From Polyangiales bacterium (lineage in GTDB: Bacteria > Myxococcota_A > Polyangia > Polyangiales > JAFGIB01), in assembly GCA_035274465.1 (NCBI GenBank), contig DATEOF010000468.1, forward strand, positions 8,044-72,043: DNA of 64,000 nucleotides, in the 5' to 3' direction. Under the pieces are notes generated by a model. That model searched no databases, was not told the DNA's origin, and worked only from the letters and a program-made list of their open reading frames with translations. Of this stretch, positions 37,541 to 46,550 are shown piece by piece; the stretch's first letter is position 1; each line of letters begins with the position of its first letter. The translations under genes were made by a program, and so were the position numbers.

Positions 37541-39315
37541 GGGGCCTCCGTGCGCTGAGAGAAGGTTGGCGAGCGGGCCAGGGTCTCGAGCATGTCGACG
37601 ATGTTTTGTTTGCCCTGGTCGGCCAGGCCGAAGAACATCTGACGCAGTACCGGGTCGTCACCGGCCACCTCGTCGCGCCCCAGGTAGAAGCGGAACAGCT
37701 GACGCGCGAAGCACTGTTGAAAGCGTAGCGAGTTGGTCAGGTTCTTGAGCGCGTCGACCGGTGTCGTGGTCGTGAGCGAGCCTTCATCCAGGAACTCGAA
37801 GGTGACCTTCGCGTCGATCGGCAGGCCCTCGTCGGTGGTTCGATAGCGCCCCATCGCGTCGTAGTTCTCCTGCATGAAGCCGAACGGGTTGATGTACGCG
37901 TGGCAGCCCTGACACTGCGCGCTGGCGGTGGCGCCCTCGACGCGCTGGCGCTCGGTCTTGCCAGTGGTCATCGGCAGCGTCGTGTTCACGCCGGCCGGCG
38001 GCAGGCCGAGCGGCATGCACATCACCTTGCGTACGAAGAATACGCCGCGCTTGACGAGGCGCGTGGTGGTCGGACCCGAGTGGGAGGCGATCACCCCGGG
38101 CAGGCTGAAGATGCCCAGGCGCTGCGTCGGGTCGAGCTGGGTCGGGCCAGACTTCGCGGGGTTCTTGATGCCGTAGAGCGGCGCGATCGTGGCCGACACG
38201 AACGACTGCGTGGATTGCGTCACGTCCTTCAGGCGTGGCGCCGCAGCCGACAGCTGCTGGTTCAGGAACGCGCGCGTCTCCTCGACCACCGCGGCCGCCA
38301 TCTGGGGCGTGAACTCCGGAAATACGTCGGCCGCGAGGCCGAACTCGTCGGGCTCACGCACCTCGAGCCAGGCGATGAAGAAGCGCATCAGCTTCTGGCG
38401 AGCCTCGGGCGAGGCCAGCACCTTCGAGATCGCGCGTTGCGTGGCATCGGCCGTGACGAGTTGTGTCGCGGCATCGCTCGAGGACATGCCGAATGCTTCG
38501 GGCGGCGCGTCGGCCAGCGTGTAGCTGATGTGTTGCAGTTGCTGGGCCGGCGAGAGCGCAGGCGCGCCCGCGAGCACCTCGTCGCGAAACACGTACGACG
38601 GGGAGGTCAGCGTCAGATCCACCAGGTCAGCGGTCGCATCTGCCAGGCCGAGCTCCTTCACGCTGGCCTGGAAGAAGCTCGAGAAGTGCACGAGCTGCGC
38701 TTCGTTCACCACGCCGCGGAAGGCGCGGGTCACGAACTTGCGCGCCTGCGCGTCCAGGCAGGTGGGCGCGTTGTTCATGCTCGCGCAGTCGATGACCGAG
38801 GCGGGTGTGACGCGAACGCTCGCCGTCAGCTGCCCGACCCACTGGTTGTACGGCGTGAAGTTGGCCGCGTTGAAGCCGAGGTTGGCCGCGTATTCGTAGT
38901 TGGTCTGAAGTGGATCGCGCGGCATGGTCTCCGCGACTGCGATCTTGTAGTGGGAGGGGAGCAGGCTCTTGGTCGTGAGATCGAGCTGAGTTCGCGTCAG
39001 CCGAAACATGCGGGCTGGACCGGCGAGGGGGGCGTCTCCGGGGAAGTAGCGACGCGCGGTGTCGAACAGGGTTGGGTTGGCCGCGCGCATCGCGTCGTCT
39101 GCAGCCTTCGCTGCGGCGCTATCGGCTGCAGCTGCACCGGGCGGTGTGGCTCCGGGAGCCGCCGGTGGGAACGCTCCGGTCCCCGCCGTCTGGGGACGAC
39201 CCACGCCCTCGCCTCGCTGGGGGGAAGAAATCTCCCCTGCGCAGCCCGCCATCCACACGGCCAGGCAGATCGCGGCGGTGATGGGACGCCTCAGGGGGAC
39301 AGATCTGTGCGACAT
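37537..39315 (-). CDS. DUF1592-type multidomain lipoprotein with CXXCH (module B)
   Basis: Lipobox VWMAGC. RLTRTQLDLTTKSLL, TTRLVKRGVFFVRKVMC and CQGCHAYINPFGFMQENYDAMGRYR. Confidence 0.85.
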   Translation of the reverse strand: MSHRSVPLRRPITAAICLAVWMAGCAGEISSPQRGEGVGRPQTAGTGAFPPAAPGATPPGAAAADSAAAKAADDAMRAANPTLFDTARRYFPGDAPLAGPARMFRLTRTQLDLTTKSLLPSHYKIAVAETMPRDPLQTNYEYAANLGFNAANFTPYNQWVGQLTASVRVTPASVIDCASMNNAPTCLDAQARKFVTRAFRGVVNEAQLVHFSSFFQASVKELGLADATADLVDLTLTSPSYVFRDEVLAGAPALSPAQQLQHISYTLADAPPEAFGMSSSDAATQLVTADATQRAISKVLASPEARQKLMRFFIAWLEVREPDEFGLAADVFPEFTPQMAAAVVEETRAFLNQQLSAAAPRLKDVTQSTQSFVSATIAPLYGIKNPAKSGPTQLDPTQRLGIFSLPGVIASHSGPTTTRLVKRGVFFVRKVMCMPLGLPPAGVNTTLPMTTGKTERQRVEGATASAQCQGCHAYINPFGFMQENYDAMGRYRTTDEGLPIDAKVTFEFLDEGSLTTTTPVDALKNLTNSLRFQQCFARQLFRFYLGRDEVAGDDPVLRQMFFGLADQGKQNIVDMLETLARSPTFSQRTEAP

Positions 39316-39430
39316 GCTGACCCTTTCGTCGGATGACGCCGTTGCCTCCGCTCAGTGGCCGAGGGGGGCGAAAAAGTGGTCAGGTGCTGGTCGCGGGCGC
39401 GATTGTTGCTGCTGTCCCCCTGGTCATCCC

Positions 39431-41251
39431 ATGCGTGTGTCAATGTGTGCCGTGGTCGTCGCGCTCGTCTGCTGCGTTGCTTGCAGCGAGCGCGAGGGCC
39501 AGCCCAAGCAACAGCCAGCGGCGGCCGAGTGCGGTGGAACGCGCGCACAGCTGCCAGCTGCGTTCGATCCCCGCAGCGTGAGTTGGCAGCTCGTCGTTCC
39601 GCCGCATGCAGCTCAGCAGCGCCTCGACGCGATCGTCGAGACCTGCGAGAGCTGGGTCAGCCTCGCGCACGATGGAGGGGGAGGCGGCAAGGGCATGTTC
39701 TTCGGCGCAAACGAGGTGCTGATCACGTCCGACGGTACAGAGTGGTTGCGCTCCACGATCGCCGGGGTCGATGGCGCGACATTCTTCGATATCGCGCGCG
39801 GCGCCGGCCACTGGGTCGCCGTGGGCCGAGGCGCGCAGGGGGGAGGCTCGATCGCGGTCTCTACGGGCGGTGAGTCACCTTTTCGCGTCGTCTTTACGGC
39901 ACCCGAGTGGGCGTTCGAGCACGTGGCGTTCGGCGCGGGCACGTTCGTCGCGCAATCGCGCTCCGGTCTGGCGGTTTCGCACGACGGCGAGCACTGGAGC
40001 TGGTCCTCGCTGGCGCCCGCGACGCAGTACTTCGACGTGGCGTTCGGCAATGGCCGCTTCGTCCTCGCCGGACTCGTCCAGGCGGTCAGCTCCGCCGATG
40101 GCGAGAGCTGGCAGGTAAGCTCGCAAAGTCTGCTGCTGGAGCAGATTCGATTCGTGGGCGGCAAATTCTACGCCTACGGGGCGAGCGGTGCATTCGAATC
40201 GCTCGACGGCAGCACGTTCACCAACGTGCAGCGCATGATTCCGGATGCTGCGATCGGCGGCGTGCTCGTGAGGGTGGGCGAGGCTGTCGAAAGCCACGGG
40301 GCGCAGACGACGCAAGTGCCCGATCCACCGCGCGTGCTCGTCTCGCAGGACGACGGCAACACATGGTTCAGTCAACACCTGACAGTCAGCTCCGCCCAGG
40401 TCGACTGTTCGATCGACCCGTGCGTGGTGGTACCGCAAGGCATCTTGGTGTTGCGGCCGAAGGTCGTCGATGCAACCCCGAGCGGCGTGCTGTGCGACGG
40501 TAGCTCGGAGATGCGCGTGATGGCGGGCTGGGGTCCGGGGTTCCCAGACGCATCTGCCGTGTTCATGTCACCGTACGGCGCGGCGTTCTTCGCGATCGAC
40601 GGCAAGTGTCGCTACTACGCGCAGGACAATCCGACCCACGCGATCGTCCGTGGCCAGCTGACGCCGGAGCAAGCGACCTCGCTCAGCGCAGATCTGGCTT
40701 GGGAAGAGTTGCCGACGTGGGGGCACTATCACCCGGAGACCCAGTGTGCGGATGCGGGCGGCGTGGTCCTTGGCACGCGCCAGGTGGTGTTCAGCTGCGG
40801 CCCTTCGGAGGAGATCGGGTGCGGCTGTGGCCCTGCGGCGCCTCCGGGCTTGCCGGCCACGTTGAAGAATGCGCTGCGCTGGCACGCGGCCTTGGTGAAA
40901 AATGGCACACCGCTCGACGGTGCGCTGGACGCACTCGCGCAGCCTGGCAGCGAAGCCAGTCGCCCGTGGCAGGCCTGGCCGCTCGCGCGCAGCATTTCAT
41001 CCATCCCGGACTTCATCGTCGATCCGAGCGGGTTTCGTTTCGATCGCGAGGCCGTTCGGTTCGACGATCCGTCCGAAGCCGCGCTGCTGCGCAAGCTGCG
41101 AGATCTGCAGCCAGAAGCAGCGCGTTCTGCTTCTGACAGCTTCAGTGTGCGCGAGGGCTCCGCGGCCTACTCGATCTTCCTGCGCGACGTCGTCCCGGAC
41201 GCGGACGCCAGCGCGATGCAAAAGCTCATGCAGAGCTTCAGCTTCGATTAG
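39431..41251 (+). CDS. lipoprotein with Asp-box (BNR) beta-propeller repeats and a Cys-containing C-terminal domain
   Basis: Start placed at ATG 39431 (MRVSMCAVVVALVCCVAC lipobox). Repeats ITSDGTEW, VSHDGEHW, SSADGESW, SLDGSTF and SQDDGNTW. The upstream part of the track ORF overlaps the divergent gene. Confidence 0.65.
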   Translation: MRVSMCAVVVALVCCVACSEREGQPKQQPAAAECGGTRAQLPAAFDPRSVSWQLVVPPHAAQQRLDAIVETCESWVSLAHDGGGGGKGMFFGANEVLITSDGTEWLRSTIAGVDGATFFDIARGAGHWVAVGRGAQGGGSIAVSTGGESPFRVVFTAPEWAFEHVAFGAGTFVAQSRSGLAVSHDGEHWSWSSLAPATQYFDVAFGNGRFVLAGLVQAVSSADGESWQVSSQSLLLEQIRFVGGKFYAYGASGAFESLDGSTFTNVQRMIPDAAIGGVLVRVGEAVESHGAQTTQVPDPPRVLVSQDDGNTWFSQHLTVSSAQVDCSIDPCVVVPQGILVLRPKVVDATPSGVLCDGSSEMRVMAGWGPGFPDASAVFMSPYGAAFFAIDGKCRYYAQDNPTHAIVRGQLTPEQATSLSADLAWEELPTWGHYHPETQCADAGGVVLGTRQVVFSCGPSEEIGCGCGPAAPPGLPATLKNALRWHAALVKNGTPLDGALDALAQPGSEASRPWQAWPLARSISSIPDFIVDPSGFRFDREAVRFDDPSEAALLRKLRDLQPEAARSASDSFSVREGSAAYSIFLRDVVPDADASAMQKLMQSFSFD

Positions 41252-42572
41252 AGCGCGCGGCGATGACGTAGCCGTGCACCGGCGAGCCGAACTCGCTGCG
41301 CAGCACGGCCTCTTCCAGGAGTGTCAGCTCGAAGCCGCTGGTCTCGAGCACGCGACGCAGGTACGGCTGCGCGTGGCTGTAGCGGCCCAGCGAGTGCAGC
41401 TTGTAGTCCCCTTCGCCGAGCGCCTCGACCGTGAAGATCAGCCGACCACCCGGGCGCAGCGCGCGCTCGGCGGCCGCGCAGACTGCCGTGAGATCACCGA
41501 AGTAGCAGAGCGTGTCTGCCGAGACGATCAGATCGAAGGATTGCGGACGCGCCTCGATGAACGCCGTCAGCTCGGCCTTGTGCAGCTCGTGATAGTCGGC
41601 GCGCCGCTTGGCCTTCTCCAGCATCTTGGCCGAGAGATCCACGCCCAACAGGTGCAGCGCGTACGGGCGCAGCTTCGGGCCACACAACCCCGTGCCGCAG
41701 CCTGCGTCGAGGATGTCGAGCGTAGCGGCCGGCTCGCCCAGCAGCTTGCGCACGGCGTCCGCGACGAGCTCGGGAGCTCGATAGTGCAGCGACTCGAGCT
41801 TGGCATCGAAGCTCTGCGCGAAGTCGTCGAAGGTCGACGCCACGTAGGCATCGGATGCGCGTTGCGGCACGTCCTTGCCGGTGCAGGCTGCGAGGTAGTG
41901 CTTGGCGCTCGGGTTGTCGGGATCGACCGCGAGCCAGTCGCGAAACACCTTCGCCGCTTCGTCGAAGCGCTCGAGGACGCACAGCGCCATGCCGGTGTGG
42001 TAGCGCGCGCCTCGGTCCTTGGGCGCGAGCTGCAGCGCCTTCTGGTATTGCTTCAGCGCTTCTTCGGGGCGCTTCTGGCGCTCGAGCACGCGCCCGTAGC
42101 CGTTGTACGCGTCGACCGATTCGGGGTCGAGCGCGAGCGCGCGCCGATAGGCTGCCTCGGCTTCGGCGAACCGACCCTGCTGGCGGCGCAGGATGCCGAT
42201 GTTGTTCAGCAGCTCGGCCGTCTCGCCGCCGAGCTGCGTGCAGCGTTGGTAAGCACCGGCGGCTTCGTCGAAGCGACGCAGCTCGAGCAGGATGTTGCCG
42301 AGGTTGTGGTGCACGCCCGGTGCATCCGGCACCTGGCTCACGGCCCGCTGCATGTAGTCCAGGGCGAGCGCATCGTTGTGCCGCTGGTGCTCGAGGATGC
42401 CGAGGAACTGCAGCGCGTCGGAGTGCTCGGGCTCGGCTTCGAGCACTGCCGTGTACAGGCCGTAGGCCTCGTCGAGCAGGTTCAGGCGGTGCAGCCGCGT
42501 GCCCAGGAGCATCGCGTCCGAGAGGGACATGGGTTGGCTTGGATCGATGTCGTGGCCGTCGTCGACTTGCAT
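41238..42572 (-). CDS. TPR-repeat / class I SAM-dependent methyltransferase fusion protein
   Basis: About 6 TPR-like repeats (e.g. AEAAYRRALALDPESVDAYNGYG), then ILDAGCGTGLCG, VDLSAKML and LRPGGRLIF. Start at ATG 42572 is preceded by GGGGGA. Confidence 0.8.
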   Translation of the reverse strand: MQVDDGHDIDPSQPMSLSDAMLLGTRLHRLNLLDEAYGLYTAVLEAEPEHSDALQFLGILEHQRHNDALALDYMQRAVSQVPDAPGVHHNLGNILLELRRFDEAAGAYQRCTQLGGETAELLNNIGILRRQQGRFAEAEAAYRRALALDPESVDAYNGYGRVLERQKRPEEALKQYQKALQLAPKDRGARYHTGMALCVLERFDEAAKVFRDWLAVDPDNPSAKHYLAACTGKDVPQRASDAYVASTFDDFAQSFDAKLESLHYRAPELVADAVRKLLGEPAATLDILDAGCGTGLCGPKLRPYALHLLGVDLSAKMLEKAKRRADYHELHKAELTAFIEARPQSFDLIVSADTLCYFGDLTAVCAAAERALRPGGRLIFTVEALGEGDYKLHSLGRYSHAQPYLRRVLETSGFELTLLEEAVLRSEFGSPVHGYVIAARSNRS

Positions 42573-42798
42573 GCGTCCCCCGATTGGCCGAGCTATAGCA
42601 GGAACCTGTAAAACGTCCCGTCCTGAAACTGGGATATGGCCCGTGCAAAGCACGTATGAAATCGCGCATTCACATGTTCCGATCGCGACAGCGGAAGGCG
42701 CGCAGGGAGATTGCCAGCGGGGTGGCGTGAACTGCTAAGTATGCCCCACGCTGGCGTACCTGGGTTTAGAGCACTCGGGCGTCACGGTGGAGGCTCGG

Positions 42799-44310
42799 AT
42801 GACGACGCGCGATGGAACGATCCTACTGCTGTTGGCGCTCGCCGGCGGCTGCTCGGGCAGCGGGGCGAGCACTGCGCCGGTGTTACCCGGTGCAGCTGGC
42901 AGCGGCGCGCCTGCGCCCACCATGCCGACGATGACCGGCAATCCCCCGAGCACTGGGGTCGGCACACCGAGCACGCCGAGCGGCTCGATGACGACGCCTG
43001 CCATGAACGCATCGGCTGGGTCCGCAGCGATGCCGCCCGGCACGAAGCCGACGATGCCCACCGAGCCGACGATGCCTCCGGCCGCGGGCATGCCGGCGGA
43101 TTGTCAGGGCTTCAGCTTCGAGGGCATCAAGTACAGCCCGGGTGGCACCGTGCTGCCGAACAAGTGCATGCCGTACCACCCCACGACCAACAACCCGTAC
43201 GCGGTGCGCTGCGTGGACGTGTGGCCCTGGTACAAGACCAAGTTCCCCGGCGACAACTACTGCATCTTGCCGCCGCCGCCCGACAAGGGCGTGCAGTACG
43301 GCGTGCACCCGCAGGGCAAGGCGTGGTTCGAGCAGGTCTCGAAGGGAGACATGAGCGGCTACCAGAATCCCTCGAACGAGTGGGTGATGCAGGACGGCGA
43401 GGAAGAGCAAGCCAACTACACCACCGGCGCCGACAACCCCGAGCCCGCCAACTACTACCGCAACTACCCGCGCATGCGTCCGGGCTCGCACCACATGATC
43501 GTGTCGGCTCCGATGGGAACGACCCCGACCGAGAAATGGAGCCCCGCGGCGATGACCGGCCTGGGCGGTGGCAACGGCTTGCCGGGCGCGCAGCGGCCGG
43601 ACGAGAACGCGCCCAAGTCGCTCGACAAACCCGCGGAGGACGCTGGCCTGTTCGCGAAGCTGCCCGCCAAGCCCGGCATCGTGTTCAACATGCACCACTT
43701 CAACGCGTCGGGTTCGGCGATCTTGAAGGAAGCCTGGACCAACTTGTGGTGGGAGTCGGATGCGAAGACCGAGGTCTACGGCATCTTCGGCCTCGAGATC
43801 GCGCAGGTGGTCGGGATGGCGATTCCGCCCGGTACGACCACGGACCTGCACTACTCGTGGAACATCACCCAGCCGATCCGCTTGGTGACTGTGTTCGGTC
43901 ACCGGCACGCCTGGACGTCTAACTTCAGCAGCTGGGTCGAGAACCCCGACGGTAAGCTCGACATCATCTACCAATCGTTCTACTGGCTGGACGAGCCGAC
44001 CTATCGCTACGACAGTGAGACGATGAACCCGACGCCGGCGCCGATGGCGAAGACCGACGGTGCGACCTCGGGTGTGCGGATGCTGATGCCGGGTCAGAAG
44101 CTGCACTTCAACTGCCACATCGAGTACACGGACGAGCGCGCCAAGTCCGAGAAGGCGCCGAAGACTCCGGCCGAGGTCGGCACGCTGCGCTTCGCCAACG
44201 AGGCCTTCACGGCCGAGATGTGCATCTTGTTCGGTTCGACTGCTGCGGTCCGGTTGCCGGCGCCGGTGTCTGACACGAGCAAGCTGCCGGACTTCGCTAC
44301 AATTCGCTGA
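42799..44310 (+). CDS. lipoprotein with Met/Pro/Thr-rich linker and PHM/DBH-like (copper type II monooxygenase-like) two-domain core
   Basis: ATG 42799 is preceded by GGAGG. Lipobox LALAGGC. Ligand-like motifs occur in PHM order: SHHMIV, NMHHFN, GHRHAW, AEMCILFG. Confidence 0.6.
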   Translation: MTTRDGTILLLLALAGGCSGSGASTAPVLPGAAGSGAPAPTMPTMTGNPPSTGVGTPSTPSGSMTTPAMNASAGSAAMPPGTKPTMPTEPTMPPAAGMPADCQGFSFEGIKYSPGGTVLPNKCMPYHPTTNNPYAVRCVDVWPWYKTKFPGDNYCILPPPPDKGVQYGVHPQGKAWFEQVSKGDMSGYQNPSNEWVMQDGEEEQANYTTGADNPEPANYYRNYPRMRPGSHHMIVSAPMGTTPTEKWSPAAMTGLGGGNGLPGAQRPDENAPKSLDKPAEDAGLFAKLPAKPGIVFNMHHFNASGSAILKEAWTNLWWESDAKTEVYGIFGLEIAQVVGMAIPPGTTTDLHYSWNITQPIRLVTVFGHRHAWTSNFSSWVENPDGKLDIIYQSFYWLDEPTYRYDSETMNPTPAPMAKTDGATSGVRMLMPGQKLHFNCHIEYTDERAKSEKAPKTPAEVGTLRFANEAFTAEMCILFGSTAAVRLPAPVSDTSKLPDFATIR

Positions 44311-44323
44311 GCTCCAAAGAGAG

Positions 44324-44363
44324 CGCCGCGCGTACCCGTGTCAGGAAGTACGCGCGGCGTTTG
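44324..44363 (+). terminator. intrinsic-terminator-like hairpin between convergent genes
   Basis: Perfect 12-bp stem CGCCGCGCGTAC / GTACGCGCGGCG with a 12-nt loop, followed by TTTG. It lies 14 nt after the stop of 42799..44310. Confidence 0.6.
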
Positions 44364-44396
44364 CAATTCAGCCGTCCGTGTCGTTCAGGTCAGAGG

Positions 44397-45941
44397 TCAC
44401 TTCGCAGCCGGAACGACGGCCATCCGGCTGAGAGTCATGTCTTTGCCAGCGACGCAGGCCGGCTTGGTCGGATCGACCGTCCGGAAGCCGCCGCTGATGT
44501 CCGTCGCCTGATACGCCACGCGCACCGAGCCGTCCGTCGCGAGCGCGAGCGAAGGGTCGTGCAACAGCCAGGCGTCGAGCGTGCAGTTCGGCCAGAGGAT
44601 GATGGAGTCCTTGGGCACCTCGCCCGCGAACTCCACCTTCGTGAGCTCCCACGGCGAGTTCTCGATCGTGCAATCGGCCGCGTCGCACGAGTACAAGCCG
44701 ATGTTGTCGTCCAGCGTGAACACGAAGCGCGTGCGGTCCTTCGCGTCGAGGGCGATGTCCACGCCGCTGCCGAGCTCTTCGTGGTCGCTCATCAGCGTCG
44801 CGCGCCAGTGATCTTGATCGCACTGCTCGTCGCACTCGAAGTAGAAGAGACCGCGCTTGCCGTTCTTCTGCGTGCCGAGGGCCAGGATGCGTGGACCACC
44901 GCGCTTGGTCAGCGCCAGCGCGATGCTCGGACGGATCTCCTCGATGTCGTTCTCGAACGCCGGCACCAGGCCGATGCCCTTCCAGTCCGCTTCGGTCGTG
45001 CAGCCTTGCGCGCAGGTCAGGTACGCGATCATGCGCGCGCCCTTGTCGAGATCGGCTGCGACCGTGGTGAGGTGCGCGCGATCCTGGGCGTCGAAGCGCA
45101 GCGTGGAACGATAGAAGATCTGATCCTGGATGGTGTCGATGCGCCAGTTCGCGGCCTCGGTGCAGCCGCTGTCGCACTGTGCGTAGTACGTGTGCGGCTC
45201 GCGCTGGCCGACGCCCAGATACGCGAGGTACGTGTGCATCACGAAGCGCGGACGGCCCTTGGAATCCAGCGCCAGCGCCTGCCCCGTGACATCACGCTCG
45301 CTCTGATGCTCCGCGATGACGCCGATCTTCCAGCTGGACTGCTCGGTGCACTCCTTGTCGCACTGCGCGAAGTACACGCGAAGATAGGTCGGCAGCAGCA
45401 CGCGCGGCGCGCCCTCGGCCGTCAGCGCCAGCGAGGCATCGCCCACCGTGCCGTCCGTGTGTAGCGCGACCACCTTCATCTTCTGCGGATCGGTGCAGTT
45501 GTTCGGGCAGTACGCGTAGTAAGCATCCGCGCCGGCGTAGCCCGGGTAGAGCGCGTGAAGCCCGCCTTTGGCGTCGAAGAGCACGCGAGGCAGCTTGGTG
45601 TTCTCGGGCTCCGGCGTGGGCAGGAAGAAGCGCGAGACGGTGTCGCCCATCGCGGGTTTGTCCGCGGGCTTGTCTGCGGGCTTGCTGGGGTCGGCCGGCG
45701 GCTTCGGCTCTTCTTGCGTCGGCTTCGGCTTGCCGGGATCGGTCGCGGGCTTGGGCGCGTCGGGCTCGTCGCTTTCAGCTGCAGGCTCGGGCTCCGACTC
45801 GCCGCCATCGGCTGCAGGCTCCTCGGCCCCAGCATCTTCGTGCGACTCGTCCTCGACACCCGAAACGTCCTTGGGACACGCTGTCAAACACAATAGACAG
45901 CAGCTCAACCACACCACGAGTTGTGTACGTTCAACGGACAT
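44397..45941 (-). CDS. lipoprotein with acidic/Pro-Lys linker and six tandem CxxxC-containing propeller-like repeats
   Basis: Lipobox LCLTAC. Six repeats of about 45-55 aa carry YYAYCPNNC, YFAQCDKEC, YYAQCDSGC, AYLTCAQGC, YFECDEQC and LYSCDAADC, each followed by a Trp. Confidence 0.7.
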   Translation of the reverse strand: MSVERTQLVVWLSCCLLCLTACPKDVSGVEDESHEDAGAEEPAADGGESEPEPAAESDEPDAPKPATDPGKPKPTQEEPKPPADPSKPADKPADKPAMGDTVSRFFLPTPEPENTKLPRVLFDAKGGLHALYPGYAGADAYYAYCPNNCTDPQKMKVVALHTDGTVGDASLALTAEGAPRVLLPTYLRVYFAQCDKECTEQSSWKIGVIAEHQSERDVTGQALALDSKGRPRFVMHTYLAYLGVGQREPHTYYAQCDSGCTEAANWRIDTIQDQIFYRSTLRFDAQDRAHLTTVAADLDKGARMIAYLTCAQGCTTEADWKGIGLVPAFENDIEEIRPSIALALTKRGGPRILALGTQKNGKRGLFYFECDEQCDQDHWRATLMSDHEELGSGVDIALDAKDRTRFVFTLDDNIGLYSCDAADCTIENSPWELTKVEFAGEVPKDSIILWPNCTLDAWLLHDPSLALATDGSVRVAYQATDISGGFRTVDPTKPACVAGKDMTLSRMAVVPAAK

Positions 45942-46196
45942 GACTGTTCTCCGACTCTCGGGCGCACGGCTCCAATCGGTCGCCGCGCCTGCCGAGGGGC
46001 CAGGAATCGGCGCCGTCGTCTCCGACCGCGCACCCGCACTATGACGAATTGCGCGAGACGCGCTTGCTAAATGGTCCCTAACGAACCGCGTCGATTTCCT
46101 AAAATTCTCGTAAGCAAGCGGGCCTCGCGGGTAGAAGTGACGCGGGGCCGGCGGGCGTTACAGGGATTCTGCGTGGTGGTGCCGAAGTCGGTGAAA

Positions 46197-46550
46197 ATGC
46201 TAGTCTTGTGGACCATGGCTGGCAGCGGACACGGTATCGTCGAGAAGCGGAGCCTGCGTTATCACGCGGCCATCAGCGAACGATTGCGTCGAGACCAGTC
46301 CATCCTGGAGCGCACGCGTGCGCGGGTCGAAGCCTGGATCGAGCACGGTACCGTGGCGCCGTCCTACGCCCAAGGTTGGCAGCAAATCCTCGAGCGTCCG
46401 CTTCCCGAGATCCTCGCCTTTCTCACCTCGGACTCCGAGCGCGCGCGCGCGTTCCGTCAAGTGAGTCCGTTTGCAGGTGTCCTGAGCGCGAAGGAACGTT
46501 GGCGGCTCTGGGCCGCGACGAAGGGCACCGATGACGCGACAGCAACTTGA
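46197..46550 (+). CDS. small helical protein, upstream partner of an NTase-fold gene (possible antitoxin/regulator)
   Basis: Start at ATG 46197 or 46215. ...SDSERARAFRQVSPFAGVLSAKERWRLW. Its 3' end overlaps the next gene by 20 nt. Confidence 0.5.
   Translation: MLVLWTMAGSGHGIVEKRSLRYHAAISERLRRDQSILERTRARVEAWIEHGTVAPSYAQGWQQILERPLPEILAFLTSDSERARAFRQVSPFAGVLSAKERWRLWAATKGTDDATAT

Noticed and set aside
39059-39430. Upstream 124 codons of track ORF 39059..41251.
   Set aside because: It overlaps the 5' end of the divergent gene 37537..39315 and has no signal-peptide logic. ATG 39431 gives a clean lipoprotein signal.
40902-42611. 569-aa plus-strand ORF.
   Set aside because: It is antisense to the TPR-methyltransferase gene, whose SAM-binding and TPR motifs are unambiguous. 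The composition is Arg/Ala/Val noise.
42656-42730. 24-aa highly basic ORF (MKSRIHMFRSRQRKARREIASGVA) upstream of the monooxygenase-like gene, considered as a possible precursor peptide.
   Set aside because: It has no ribosome-binding site or core-peptide features, and an ORF of this length is expected by chance in a divergent promoter region.
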